A stretch of DNA of 64,000 bases from Cenarchaeum sp. (GTDB lineage Archaea > Thermoproteota > Nitrososphaeria > Nitrososphaerales > Nitrosopumilaceae). The notes under the pieces were generated by a model. The model did no database searches and was not told where the DNA came from. It saw nothing but the letters and a program-made list of their open reading frames with translations. Where the stretch lies: NCBI GenBank assembly GCA_963693095.2, contig OY843768.1:928001-992000 (forward strand). Reading direction: 5' to 3'. Positions 10,115 to 20,006 of the stretch are shown in pieces. Made by a program: the position numbers and the translations under genes. Every line of letters starts with the position of its first letter. Positions within the stretch are counted from its first letter, which is position 1.

Positions 10115-10871
10115 TAGTAAAGATAAAGGCACTGTCATGGAACGCCGAGCCCGCATACAGGGTAAAATACGACATTGAGGAAAAATTTGAGACGACGACG
10201 TACCTGCTAAAGGACCTAAAAGAGCATGGCCAGATCATCATGATTGACGGTGCCGGCAAGAGGATGCGCGACAGCGCAAAATACGACTTTGTCAACGCGG
10301 CACCGCTTGTTGACTTTGATGAGATAGTGTCAGGAAAGGACTTTCTGCGCGGCACAGACAGCCTCCTGGACCATTTTAGCATCTCGCGGCAGGAGCTCGT
10401 CAGGATTGCAGAGGACATGGTGATTGACACATATACAGAGACGATAAGGTACAAGGGCAAGAATAACGTAAGGTATGAAAAACTCTGCGTCCCCGGCCGC
10501 AAGAGCGTGCGCATTGCGGACATAAAGCAGGTCGTAATTGCCGACTATGACGTCAAGATCGGCATACTCGACCGCGAGATAACCAGGCGCGTCATGGACA
10601 ACACAAAATCGACAATGTTCATTGACAGTGGAATCAAGTGTGTGGACTGCTCAAGGGGCATCGAGGGCGGCGCGGGCCAGGTCTGCAACACGTGCGGCAA
10701 CCTCACACATGCGCGTCGCATGTTTTGGTCATGCGGGTTTGAGTGCAAGGAGTGCAAGAGGACAATATGCCCCATATGCACAAAGTCATCAAGAAGGATG
10801 CTGTTCTTTAAGAGGAGGCTGTGCGGGCAATGCAGTGCGGCCCGTGCGCCCGGCACATAGTGCCAGGCCGC

Positions 10872-11753
10872 CTATATGACCAGGCCCACAACGACTAGCG
10901 CTCCGGCGATGCGCCCAAAGAGCACGGTCCTTTGCATGGCCGGCACAAGGCGCGCGGCATCAGAGTGGTGGCGCCGCAGCATCCTGCCCGCAGAGAGCGC
11001 CAACGGCAGGGCGGCAAGCGAGATTGCGCACTCGGGCGGAAGCGCGCCAAGTGAGATCGAGACGACAAGCGCAGCGCCAAAGGCGGCGACAAACACCCAA
11101 AAGACCGACGCGGCCGCAGTGCGCCCAATGGCCACGACAAGGGTTCGCCTTCCGCCGAGGCGGTCAGCATCATGGTCAGGAAACGACGTGACGAGCAGGA
11201 CGATCGACGAGAGTATCCCCACGCACACGCCTGCGGCCGCTGCGGTCTCGCCAAGTGCGCCAGTCTGTATGTATGCGGTGCCGACCACTATGAGCGCCCC
11301 CTTTGCGGCGACAAAGGCCTCGGCCAGGCCACTATCGACGACCCTTGTGGAGTAAAAGTACACGGATGCCACGGCAAACGCCAGTATGAGCGCGATCGGC
11401 AGCCCGTGCATGAGCACAAAGTACGCGCCGGCGGCCACGCCAAGGCCCATCATGAGCAGGCCGGCTGCCCGCACGGCCTGCGGCGAGAGGGCACCGTCGG
11501 CGATAACGCCGGTCCCACCGCTAAACGGCGTCCTCGTCGTGTGCGCATCGATCCCACGCCTGTGATCCCAATAGTCATTGAGGAGGTCAACACTTGCGTG
11601 AAGCGCAAGGACTCCGGCCAGTGTGAGTATTGCGTCTGCCACGCCGATTGCATGGCCGCCATGCCAGCTAGCGGCGAGCCCTGCAGCAACGGCAACTGCC
11701 GAGGCGGCCATAAAGCGCGCGCGCACTGCGCGAAGCCATACTGACACCGTCAT
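10872..11753 (-). CDS. UbiA-family prenyltransferase (MenA-like)
   Basis: NDYWDHRRGID, PFSGG, DHDADRLGGRRT Asp-rich motifs, multiple TMs. Confidence 0.88.
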   Translation of the reverse strand: MTVSVWLRAVRARFMAASAVAVAAGLAASWHGGHAIGVADAILTLAGVLALHASVDLLNDYWDHRRGIDAHTTRTPFSGGTGVIADGALSPQAVRAAGLLMMGLGVAAGAYFVLMHGLPIALILAFAVASVYFYSTRVVDSGLAEAFVAAKGALIVVGTAYIQTGALGETAAAAGVCVGILSSIVLLVTSFPDHDADRLGGRRTLVVAIGRTAAASVFWVFVAAFGAALVVSISLGALPPECAISLAALPLALSAGRMLRRHHSDAARLVPAMQRTVLFGRIAGALVVVGLVI

Positions 11754-12151
11754 ACCAGTGACTCGTCGCTCACCGCGAGCGGCTTTCGGTTCCCAAAGCC
11801 CGAGTCCTTTTCATGCCAGAACTTTACCTCCTCCTCGCCATACTTCCAGCAGAGCCAGACATCGGCATCAAACCTGCGCGATGGAAAGTCAATCAGGCCG
11901 TCATCAATACCCTTGATCGCAATGCCCGTGTCTTCAAGATCCGCGATGGCCGTGTAAAACGCGGCGAGCGCAGAGTTTAGCCCCTGCTTGCGAACCATGT
12001 ACTCCTCGAGCCCAGAGTCCGAGGCGAGCGCCATCTGGACCCCCTGCTCTGCGCGCATTACGGCTGTGCGGCACTTTACGATATGCTCGTACTTTTTGCT
12101 CACTTCCGGAATCGCCGCATTGGCGCTGCTCACCGTATAGTACTCAAACAC
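11750..12151 (-). CDS. DUF2203 family protein
   Basis: IKGIDDGLIDFPS...LCWKYGEEEVKFWH...GFGNRKP. Confidence 0.85.
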   Translation of the reverse strand: MFEYYTVSSANAAIPEVSKKYEHIVKCRTAVMRAEQGVQMALASDSGLEEYMVRKQGLNSALAAFYTAIADLEDTGIAIKGIDDGLIDFPSRRFDADVWLCWKYGEEEVKFWHEKDSGFGNRKPLAVSDESLV

Positions 12152-12201
12152 GGGCACACCGGCAAAGTCGGGCCAATTAAAACCATCGCGGCGCACGCGC
12201 A

Positions 12202-13278
12202 CTAGCGGCGGCGCGCCTTGCGTGGTGCCTTGCGCACGGCTGCCTTGCGCGAACCTGCGCGGGTGGCCACCTGGCGCCGGCCGGTCGTCACCGAACGCCG
12301 CTGCTTTCCCTGAGCCCTGCGCGCAGGCACCCTGGCCACCACACGCCTTGTCGCAGGCTTGCTAGCGGCCTTTCTTGACCTAGCGGCACCTGACTGCGAC
12401 GGCCTTGCCGCACGCGAGCCCGTGGCCTTTCTTGCCGGCCTGCGCGAGGCCTTTTTTGACCTAGCGGCACCTGACTGTGACGGCCTTGCCGCACGCAAGC
12501 CTGTGGCCTTTCTTGTCGTCCTGCGCGGCGCCTTTCTGGACCGAGCGGCCCCTGACTGTGACGGCCTTGCCGCACGCGCGCCTGTTGCCCTCTTTGGGGC
12601 CTTGCGCCCCGTCGACCTTTTCTTTGTCGTTGTGCGCCTTCGCCTCTTGGCAGACTCGGCCATCCTGGACCTAATCTTTGCCAGTGTGCGCGATGCTGAC
12701 TCTTTCTGGCGTGACTTGGCGCCTAGCCTCTTTGAGAGCGCACTTGACCTCTTTTTGCCAACGGAGACCTGGCGCGCAAGCGAGGGGCGAGCCTGGCGCT
12801 TTTTGCGTATGCGTGAGGAGAGCTTTGCCTTTTCGGATGTAATGGAGGCGATCTCGGCCATCGTCTTTTTGACCGTCTTTTTGCGAAGTCGTATCTCGCG
12901 CTCTAGCTGTGCGATCGTGTCAGATATCGAGTTGACGCGCCACAGTGCCGAGCGGCGCCTGTCCTCATTTGTCGCCTCGTCGGCCTCGCGCTGGGCATCA
13001 CTGCGCGCCTGACGCTCGCGCTCAAGTCGTTCACCGGCAGCCTCGATCAGGCGGTTTATGCTGTTTTGGCGCTCTATGCCCTGTGAGAGTGATGACGAGA
13101 CGTCAACGAGCGTGTCGTGAGCGCCCTGTATGCCACGCTCTATGGCCTGCAGTCCAGACGATGATCGACGTAGCGCGTCATGCTCCTTTTTGAGCTCGCG
13201 CCTAGTCTTGCGGAGCATTGTGCTAGCGTCCGCCTTTTTTTTCTCAAGCCTAGTTGCCAGGCTGACAAGTCTCCCCAT
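12202..13278 (-). CDS. Coiled-coil protein with Arg/Lys/Ala-rich repetitive C-terminal tail
   Basis: Heptad-rich N-terminal region followed by a strongly basic tail with 27-aa repeats; start placed at MGRLVSL. Confidence 0.7.
   Translation of the reverse strand: MGRLVSLATRLEKKKADASTMLRKTRRELKKEHDALRRSSSGLQAIERGIQGAHDTLVDVSSSLSQGIERQNSINRLIEAAGERLERERQARSDAQREADEATNEDRRRSALWRVNSISDTIAQLEREIRLRKKTVKKTMAEIASITSEKAKLSSRIRKKRQARPSLARQVSVGKKRSSALSKRLGAKSRQKESASRTLAKIRSRMAESAKRRRRTTTKKRSTGRKAPKRATGARAARPSQSGAARSRKAPRRTTRKATGLRAARPSQSGAARSKKASRRPARKATGSRAARPSQSGAARSRKAASKPATRRVVARVPARRAQGKQRRSVTTGRRQVATRAGSRKAAVRKAPRKARRR
12365..12600. repeat. 81-bp tandem repeat, about 3 copies, in frame
   Basis: C(T/G)AGCGGC(A/C)CCTGACTG at 12380, 12461 and 12542; encodes ATGxRAARPSQSGAARSxKA. 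Confidence 0.92.
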
Positions 13279-13591
13279 CACTTGTCTGAACAGCGCACAT
13301 TCGGTTAAGTGGCCATGATAACCATGTGTTGACATGTGTGTAAAGAAAGTTAACCGCCGGTGGCCGGATCGGGGAGCGAGTGTGCACATGATCGCAGGCC
13401 GGATCCCAATGGCGCGCCGGGCATAAACGCAGCATTGCCCTGGCCACATGGCCGGTGCCGCGAGAGCCCAGCGCAGGGGTTCTCGCAGATGGCCGCCGAC
13501 ACCCCCAGGCCACGGGGCAGGTCGCCTCGCTCAGAGCCGATGCCAGGGCATGGAGAACACGAGCCCCAGGCAGGGCCTGCGGGGCAGGCGC

Positions 13592-14029
13592 CTAGTAGAG
13601 CCCTGCGGCCTCTTCCTTGAGGGACTCGGCGCTGCCGTCAGGGTGATCAGAGGCGATGTGCTTGTAGAGCGCGAACTTTAGTATCTTGAGGGAGAGGAGC
13701 GCGCACTTTATGCGGACCGCCTGGAGGTGCTCAAGGCCCAGCTCGGAGAGGAGCTCGCCCTTTTGGATGGCGCGGATGTCATCTATGCTCTTTCCCTTGG
13801 CGAGCTCGGTTAGGACCGACGTGCATGCCATGCAGATCGCGCACCCCTGGCCACGGAACTTTATGTCCGACAGCTTGCCGTCGGCGAACTTTAGGTCCAT
13901 GTCAAGGCTGTCGCCACAGAGTGGGTTGGAGTCATGATGCGTCACGTCAGGGCTGTCGATCTGTCCAAAATTGAGCGGATTGCGCGAATAGTCGATTATC
14001 ATCTCATGGTAGATGTCCGTGCTACTCAA
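13592..14029 (-). CDS. sufU: Fe-S scaffold SufU/IscU
   Basis: NPLCGD, GQGCAIC, RIKCALL; TTG start overlapping the sufS end. Confidence 0.9.
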   Translation of the reverse strand: MSSTDIYHEMIIDYSRNPLNFGQIDSPDVTHHDSNPLCGDSLDMDLKFADGKLSDIKFRGQGCAICMACTSVLTELAKGKSIDDIRAIQKGELLSELGLEHLQAVRIKCALLSLKILKFALYKHIASDHPDGSAESLKEEAAGLY

Positions 14030-15266
14030 CCTTGAACGTCCTCGCAACCTTGTGAAGTGAGGTGACTAGCGCATCAATGTCCTCCTTTGTGTTGTACACG
14101 TAAAAGCTTGCGCGCGATGTTGCCGCAATCCCTAGCTTTTCCATGAGAACCTGGGCGCAGTGGTGTCCTGAGCGCATCGCAATTCCGTCACCGTCAACAA
14201 TTTGCGCCACATCGTGCGGATGCACGTCGTGAAAGTTGAAGGATATCACGCTGCCGTGCTTTGAGAGGTCAGGCGTCCCATACACGCGCAGTCCGCGTAT
14301 TTCTGTCAGCGCGCGCATCGCATATTTGGTAAGGGTCGCACCGTGCTCGTGGACACGCTCCATTCCAATTCCCTCAAGGTACTTGATCGCCGTGCCAAGC
14401 CCAATCACGCCGGCAATGCCCGGCGTGCCGGCCTCAAACTTGTAGGGCACGTCATTCCACGTTGTCTCTTGCCGATGAACCTCCCGTATCATGTCTCCCC
14501 CGCCATGAAACGGATCCATCGACTCGAGCGTTTCGCGACGTGCCCACAAAACCCCAATTCCGGTCGGCGCAAGCATCTTGTGGCCAGAGAACGCGAAAAA
14601 GTCGCATCCAAGCGCATCAACGTTGACGCCCATGTGGGGCACGGCCTGCGCGCCGTCAATGAGCGTGCGCACGCCGGCCGCACGGCACATCCTGACAATT
14701 GCAGTTGAGTCTGAGACTGTCCCGAGCACGTTGGACATTAGGCTGAACGTGACAAGCTTTACGCGCCCCGTGGCTAGGTGGCGCTCGAGATCCGCAAGAA
14801 CCAGCTCGCCATTGTCATCAATGTTGATGTACTCTAGGCGCGCCCCGCGCTCCTTGGCCAGGATCTGCCAGGGCACGATATTGCTGTGGTGCTCGTACTC
14901 GGTCGTCACTATAATGTCGCCGGCGCCAATGTTGCGGCGGCCCCACGAGTACGCAACGAGGTTGATCGCCTCAGTCGTCCCGCGCACAAAGACTATCTCG
15001 CGCCGGTCAGATGCGCCTATGAACCTAGCCACAGTGTCGCGCACGCCCTCATAGTCAGCAGTGGCCTCCTCGGCAAGCTCGTACACTGCCCTGTGGATGT
15101 TGGCGTTGCCGTTCTCATAGTATGTGCGTATCGCGTCGATCACCTGCTGTGGCTTTTGGCTCGTCGAGGCGTTGTCAAGATAGACTAGCTGCTTGCCGCC
15201 GCGCACTGTCCTAGACAGTATCGGAAAGTCGCCGCGCACGTCAAGTGTCGCCTGTGCGGACTGCAT
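14022..15266 (-). CDS. sufS: Cysteine desulfurase SufS
   Basis: YLDNASTSQKP, SGHKMLAPTG, RSGHHCAQ. Confidence 0.95.
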   Translation of the reverse strand: MQSAQATLDVRGDFPILSRTVRGGKQLVYLDNASTSQKPQQVIDAIRTYYENGNANIHRAVYELAEEATADYEGVRDTVARFIGASDRREIVFVRGTTEAINLVAYSWGRRNIGAGDIIVTTEYEHHSNIVPWQILAKERGARLEYINIDDNGELVLADLERHLATGRVKLVTFSLMSNVLGTVSDSTAIVRMCRAAGVRTLIDGAQAVPHMGVNVDALGCDFFAFSGHKMLAPTGIGVLWARRETLESMDPFHGGGDMIREVHRQETTWNDVPYKFEAGTPGIAGVIGLGTAIKYLEGIGMERVHEHGATLTKYAMRALTEIRGLRVYGTPDLSKHGSVISFNFHDVHPHDVAQIVDGDGIAMRSGHHCAQVLMEKLGIAATSRASFYVYNTKEDIDALVTSLHKVARTFKVE

Positions 15267-15267
15267 G

Positions 15268-15597
15268 CTACACCTCGACGTAGACGGCATTCCCGTCTAT
15301 TCTTGCCGGATACACGCCTAGTGGGCTCTCGGCTGGCGGGTTTAGCGGTATTCCCGTCTCCATGTCAAAGACAGAGAGGTGCAGCGGGCAGCGCACGCCG
15401 GGACTGCCGTGCTGGCCGGCTCCCGGGGCGACGAACCCCGTCGAGAGGTCTGCGTCTGCGTGCGTGCATATGCCATCAGACGCGTACACACGCTCCCCCT
15501 CGCGAAGTATAATCAGGCTCTTGCCGCCACACTTTACTGCGCAAACCTCGCCGTCAGCCGCCTCGTCAATCCCGCATGCCCTGGTCCACGTCGCCAC
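15268..15597 (-). CDS. Rieske [2Fe-2S] ferredoxin
   Basis: CTH...CPLH motifs. Confidence 0.9.
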   Translation of the reverse strand: MATWTRACGIDEAADGEVCAVKCGGKSLIILREGERVYASDGICTHADADLSTGFVAPGAGQHGSPGVRCPLHLSVFDMETGIPLNPPAESPLGVYPARIDGNAVYVEV

Positions 15598-15604
15598 CCC
15601 GCAG

Positions 15605-17011
15605 TCACCTGTACTTGTAGTGCTGCTCTATCTCGGCGTTCTCGTTATATCGCGTCTCCTCGACTTCGATAAACTTGCGCAGCTCCTCATCACTGTTTAT
15701 CTTTAGCGCGCGCCCGTCCCACTTTGACTCCACTAGCGAGGCTATCCACGCGCGAACCTCATAGGACATCTTTCGCGAGAGCGGCTCAAGGAACCCCTCC
15801 ACTATGATCCTCTCAGCGGCAGCACGGCTCATGCACCTCGCCTGCAGGTAGAACAGCTGCTCCTCGTCTATCTGTGCCACAGACGCCGAGTGCGTGGCCT
15901 TTACGTCATTGGTCGCTATCTCCAGTCCAGGTATGGAATCGGACTTTGCGTCCGGATCAAGGAGTATTGAGCGGCCCGAGAGGTACGAGTTTGACTTTGC
16001 GGCATTTTCGCGGATTCGTATCATTCCCTTGAACAGCGAGCGCGAGCGGTCGCGCAGGATCGACTTTTCTGTGACGCGTCCCTCGGTGGATGGCGCGTTG
16101 TGGTTTATGCACGCCTGTATGTCAAATGACTGCTCGCCGCTCCCAAACGCTACTTCAGAGTCAGTCACGGCAGCACCCTGCCCAACGAGGTCATAGTCTA
16201 TGCGGTATCGCGAGAGTGATGAGCCAAACAGGCCAAGGTACCAGTTCGTCGAGGCGTCCTGCTCCACGCTGGCACGGCGTGTCGAAAAGTTGAACGCGCG
16301 CTCGTCCATCATCTGCAGCGTTGTCACGTCAAGGCGTGCGCCAGGCGCGACAGTCGACGTGAGGAGCTCCATGTGGGCCTGCTCGGCGCCTGCGCCAGGA
16401 GAGTAGAGCTCTTGCACTATCGACGACCGGCTTGACTTGCCGGCAATGATGACGTTGCGCGATATCGACGAGGCGCCCCCCTCTGGCAGGCATGAGACCA
16501 GGTGTATCGAGCCCTCCAGGACAGCTCCGTCAGGAATGTGCACAAACATGCCAGAGTCAAATGCGGCCATGTTGAGCGCCGTAAAGCGGTCCTCTGATGC
16601 GTCTGCGGACTCGAGGGCCGACCTGAGGAGCTCGGGGCTCTCAGAGACGGCGTCAGCTATCGGCATCACCTTGACGCCAGCAGACGCCAGCGAGTCAGGA
16701 ATGCTTATGGCCTCGGTTCGCGAGCCGACCTGCACGGCGTATGCCATTCCCGACCCCGACAGCTCGCCGAGGCGCACCCTGATGGCCTCAGGCACGCCCT
16801 GCGGGGCGGCCGTGTCGAGCATGACGCTCTCGGGATTCATCCTCTTTGCGTCAGTATAGTGCTCATAGAGAACCGACGTCTCTAGCGGGAGCGACTCGTA
16901 TGACTCTAGCGCGCCGCGGCGAAGCGAGGCGAGCCATTCAGGCTCGCTGCGAGACGAGGAGACCCCGTCAACATGTCCGCGATCCACCGTGGAGAGCGCA
17001 AGCCTTGACAT
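15605..17011 (-). CDS. sufD: Fe-S assembly protein SufD
   Basis: IPGLEIATNDVKATHSASV, LFYLQAR; beta-helix paralog next to sufB. Confidence 0.9.
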   Translation of the reverse strand: MSRLALSTVDRGHVDGVSSSRSEPEWLASLRRGALESYESLPLETSVLYEHYTDAKRMNPESVMLDTAAPQGVPEAIRVRLGELSGSGMAYAVQVGSRTEAISIPDSLASAGVKVMPIADAVSESPELLRSALESADASEDRFTALNMAAFDSGMFVHIPDGAVLEGSIHLVSCLPEGGASSISRNVIIAGKSSRSSIVQELYSPGAGAEQAHMELLTSTVAPGARLDVTTLQMMDERAFNFSTRRASVEQDASTNWYLGLFGSSLSRYRIDYDLVGQGAAVTDSEVAFGSGEQSFDIQACINHNAPSTEGRVTEKSILRDRSRSLFKGMIRIRENAAKSNSYLSGRSILLDPDAKSDSIPGLEIATNDVKATHSASVAQIDEEQLFYLQARCMSRAAAERIIVEGFLEPLSRKMSYEVRAWIASLVESKWDGRALKINSDEELRKFIEVEETRYNENAEIEQHYKYR

Positions 17012-17047
17012 TTGTCAGATCGCCCCCACACATGGTGCGGACATGGT

Positions 17048-18448
17048 CTAGCCCACCGATCCGTCCATCTCGAGCTTTATGAGTCGGTTGAGCTCGACGG
17101 CATACTCCATGGGGAGCTCCTTTGTGAACGGCTCCATAAACCCGTTGACGATGAGCGAGAGCGCCTCCTCCTCGGTGAATCCGCGCGTCATGAGGTAGAA
17201 TATCTGCTCGTCGCCGATCTTGCCGACTGTCGCCTCGTGTGTTATCGTCGCGTCCTCCTGGTCTATCTCCATGTAGGGGTATGTGTCAGTCTTTGACGTG
17301 TCGTCCAGGAGCAGCGCATCGCAGCGGACAGTCGACTTTACGCCCGTTGAGCCCTTTGCGACCTTTAGGAGGCCGCGGTATGTGGAGCGCCCGTCCAGGC
17401 GGCTCACGGACTTTGACGTTATCTTTGATGTCGTCTCGGGCGCGAGGTGGACCATCTTTGCCCCCGTGTCCTGGTGCTGGCCCTTGCCGGCAAACGCTAT
17501 CGAGAGCGTCTCGCCGTACGCGCGGCGGCCCATGAGGTATATTCCGGGATACTTCATCGTTATCTTGCTGCCAATGTTGCCATCGATCCACTCGACTGTG
17601 GCGCCTTCGTAGGCATACGCGCGCTTTGTGACAAGGTTGTACACGTCGCTGCTCCAGTTCTGTATGGTCGTGTAGCGAAGCTTTGCGTCCTTTAGCGCGA
17701 CGAGCTCGACTACTGCAGAGTGGAGCGATTCAGACGAGTATACCGGTGCCGTGCAGCCCTCGATATAGTGGACCTCGGCGCCCTCATCGGCGATGATCAG
17801 CGTGCGCTCAAACTGGCCAATGTTCTCGGCGTTTATCCTAAAGTAGGCCTGCAGGGGCATGTCCACCTTTACGCCCGGAGGGATGTAGATGAACGATCCG
17901 CCGCTCCAGACTGCGCTGTTTAGCGCGGCAAACTTGTTGTCCTCGGGCGGGATGATCTTGCCAAAGTACTTTCTGAGTATCTCGGGCTGCTCCTTGAGCG
18001 CAGTGTCCGTGTCAAGGAAGAGGACTCCCTGCTTTGCGAGATCGTCGCGAAGGCTGTGGTAGACGACTTCAGACTCGTACTGTGCGCCGACGCCGGCGAG
18101 GAACTTTTTCTCGGCCTCTGGTATGCCGAGCTTGTTGAACGTGTTCTTTATGTCATCAGGGACGTCATCCCAGCTCTTCTCGGCCTTGTCAGAGGCCTTT
18201 GCGTAATAGTAGATGTTCTGAAAGTCGATCGTGCTCAGGTCTGCGCCCCATGTGGGCATTGGACGCTTCATGAATGCCTCATACGAGCGCAGCCTAAAGT
18301 CAAGCATCCACTGCGGCTCGTCCTTCATCTTGCTTATGCTAGTCACGACATCCTTTGAGAGGCCCTTCTTGCTCAGGTGCACGTACATGTCAGTGGAGTC
18401 CTTAAAGTCGTACTTTGAGTAGTCCATCTCAAGGGGCTCTGTCGCCAT
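17048..18448 (-). CDS. sufB: Fe-S assembly protein SufB
   Basis: [33 protein letters not shown]. Confidence 0.96.
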   Translation of the reverse strand: MATEPLEMDYSKYDFKDSTDMYVHLSKKGLSKDVVTSISKMKDEPQWMLDFRLRSYEAFMKRPMPTWGADLSTIDFQNIYYYAKASDKAEKSWDDVPDDIKNTFNKLGIPEAEKKFLAGVGAQYESEVVYHSLRDDLAKQGVLFLDTDTALKEQPEILRKYFGKIIPPEDNKFAALNSAVWSGGSFIYIPPGVKVDMPLQAYFRINAENIGQFERTLIIADEGAEVHYIEGCTAPVYSSESLHSAVVELVALKDAKLRYTTIQNWSSDVYNLVTKRAYAYEGATVEWIDGNIGSKITMKYPGIYLMGRRAYGETLSIAFAGKGQHQDTGAKMVHLAPETTSKITSKSVSRLDGRSTYRGLLKVAKGSTGVKSTVRCDALLLDDTSKTDTYPYMEIDQEDATITHEATVGKIGDEQIFYLMTRGFTEEEALSLIVNGFMEPFTKELPMEYAVELNRLIKLEMDGSVG

Positions 18449-18501
18449 CAAGGCACATTGCGCGCCCAATATTATAAATATATAGGGAAAGATAGGCGCA
18501 A

Positions 18502-19269
18502 CTAATCCGCCAATGCTGCGATCACAGCATCAAGCGCGCCTGCCACCGTGTGCGTCGAGGCCGTCACGTGGCTCAGGCCTGCCCTTTCCATCTCCATGGA
18601 GGTGAAAGGGCCTATGGCCACAGGCGCCGCAGGCTTTACTTCGGTGATCGCAAGGAACGCGCGAACCGACGAGGCGCTCGTGAATATGGTCGCCGCGATG
18701 CGGCCCTGCGCGGCAAGGCGGCCAAACTCGTCCCAGTCGCCCCCCTTGCCGTCGGGCACGACATCGTACATTTGCGTCTCGGTGACGCGCATGCCGATCT
18801 TTTCGAGCAAGAGGCGCAAAAAGTCCCCCGAGGCCGCACTGCGCGGCATTATCACGCCCCTGCCGGCGGCGCGCAGGGACGTAAAGAGCTCGCCGAGGCC
18901 CACTGACGAGTGGACCGAGGGAACGTGCGATACTCGGATGCGCTCGGCCTCGACGGCTGCGCGCGTCTTGGGGCCGATCGCCACAACTCCGGCCCCCATG
19001 ATGGCCTCGCGCATCTCGGAGCCGATCGAGGCGGCGCGTGCGGCCTCAAAGAGCGAGCTGACCGCACGCGAGCTTAGAAACACCACATAGTCCGGATCGT
19101 CCTTGCGCAGGGCATCTAGAAACTCGACTGCCGCGCCGGCCCCACGCGCGACTAGGCGTATAGTGGGAAGCGCAAGCGGCACGCCGCCCCTAGAGCGCAC
19201 GAGCTCGCAAAACTCCACGGCATCAGCGGGTGCACGCGTTATGGCAACTGCGGCGCCGTTCAGGCTCAC
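18502..19269 (-). CDS. hemD: Uroporphyrinogen-III synthase
   Basis: VAITRA, AIGPKT, FTSASSV, AIGPFT; position in hem operon. Confidence 0.88.
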   Translation of the reverse strand: MSLNGAAVAITRAPADAVEFCELVRSRGGVPLALPTIRLVARGAGAAVEFLDALRKDDPDYVVFLSSRAVSSLFEAARAASIGSEMREAIMGAGVVAIGPKTRAAVEAERIRVSHVPSVHSSVGLGELFTSLRAAGRGVIMPRSAASGDFLRLLLEKIGMRVTETQMYDVVPDGKGGDWDEFGRLAAQGRIAATIFTSASSVRAFLAITEVKPAAPVAIGPFTSMEMERAGLSHVTASTHTVAGALDAVIAALAD

Positions 19270-20006
19270 TTTGTCCCGGTCCTTTTGGCAAGTCCAACGA
19301 CATGGCCAACGATGATTATTGCGGGTGCGCGAATTCCCTCGCGCGAGACAATGTCGGCAATGTCACCTAGCGTTCCCTTTACTGTCACCTGCTTTGGTGT
19401 TGTGCCCTCCTGTATCACGGCAACCGGCGTTGCCTGATCCAGTCCACCCTCGACGAGACGTGCGCATATCTGCCGAATGCGCCCAAGTCCCATCATTATC
19501 ACGATCGTGTCCACAGCGCCAGCAAGTTTGTTCCAGTGGACGGCATCGGTGCCCTTTGTGGGATCCTCATGCCCTGTCACAAACGCGACAGAGGAGGACG
19601 TGCCGCGGTGCGTCAGCGGTATTCCCGCGTATGTGGCAGACGCCATGCCCGACGTTATTCCGGGAACGAGCTCGCACTCGATTCCGCGCGCGCGCAAAAA
19701 CTCGGCCTCCTCCCCGCCACGCCCAAAGATGTTCGGATCGCCGCCCTTGAGGCGCACGACCGTGCTGCCCCCTGACGCGTGGCGAACCATGGCCTCGTTC
19801 GTCGAGTCCTGGTGCGAGGCGTCATCGCCCACCGCGCGCCCGACGTATTCCTTTGTGGCCGACTCGCCGGCCATCGCGAGTATCTCGTCGCTGACGAGGC
19901 GGTCATAGAGTATGACATCGGCCGTGCGCAGGAGCTCGGCAACCCTGAGCGTGAGGAGGCCGGGGTCGCCGGGTCCGGCTCCAACTAGGTATACCTTGCC
20001 GCTCAT
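19266..20006 (-). CDS. cobA: Uroporphyrinogen-III C-methyltransferase
   Basis: VYLVGAGPGDPGLLT, RLKGGDPNIFGRGGEE, VPGITS. Confidence 0.95.
   Translation of the reverse strand: MSGKVYLVGAGPGDPGLLTLRVAELLRTADVILYDRLVSDEILAMAGESATKEYVGRAVGDDASHQDSTNEAMVRHASGGSTVVRLKGGDPNIFGRGGEEAEFLRARGIECELVPGITSGMASATYAGIPLTHRGTSSSVAFVTGHEDPTKGTDAVHWNKLAGAVDTIVIMMGLGRIRQICARLVEGGLDQATPVAVIQEGTTPKQVTVKGTLGDIADIVSREGIRAPAIIIVGHVVGLAKRTGTK

Larger units (their letters stand above)
8497..10860 (+). pseudogene. Mrr-like restriction endonuclease with C-terminal multi-Zn-finger, interrupted by IS630
   Basis: 5' part: LDGFGFQDLCARIF, DKGRDI, IECKHQ, VTTGKFSDEA (Mrr catalytic pattern). 3' part (10117-10860) has five CxxC pairs. 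Removing 9010-10116 rejoins the frame (..TADL|VKIKALSW..). Confidence 0.85.

Noticed and set aside
12365-12600. Possible CRISPR-like array
   Set aside because: The units are in-frame 81-bp coding repeats with similar intervening sequence, and there are no cas genes in the window.
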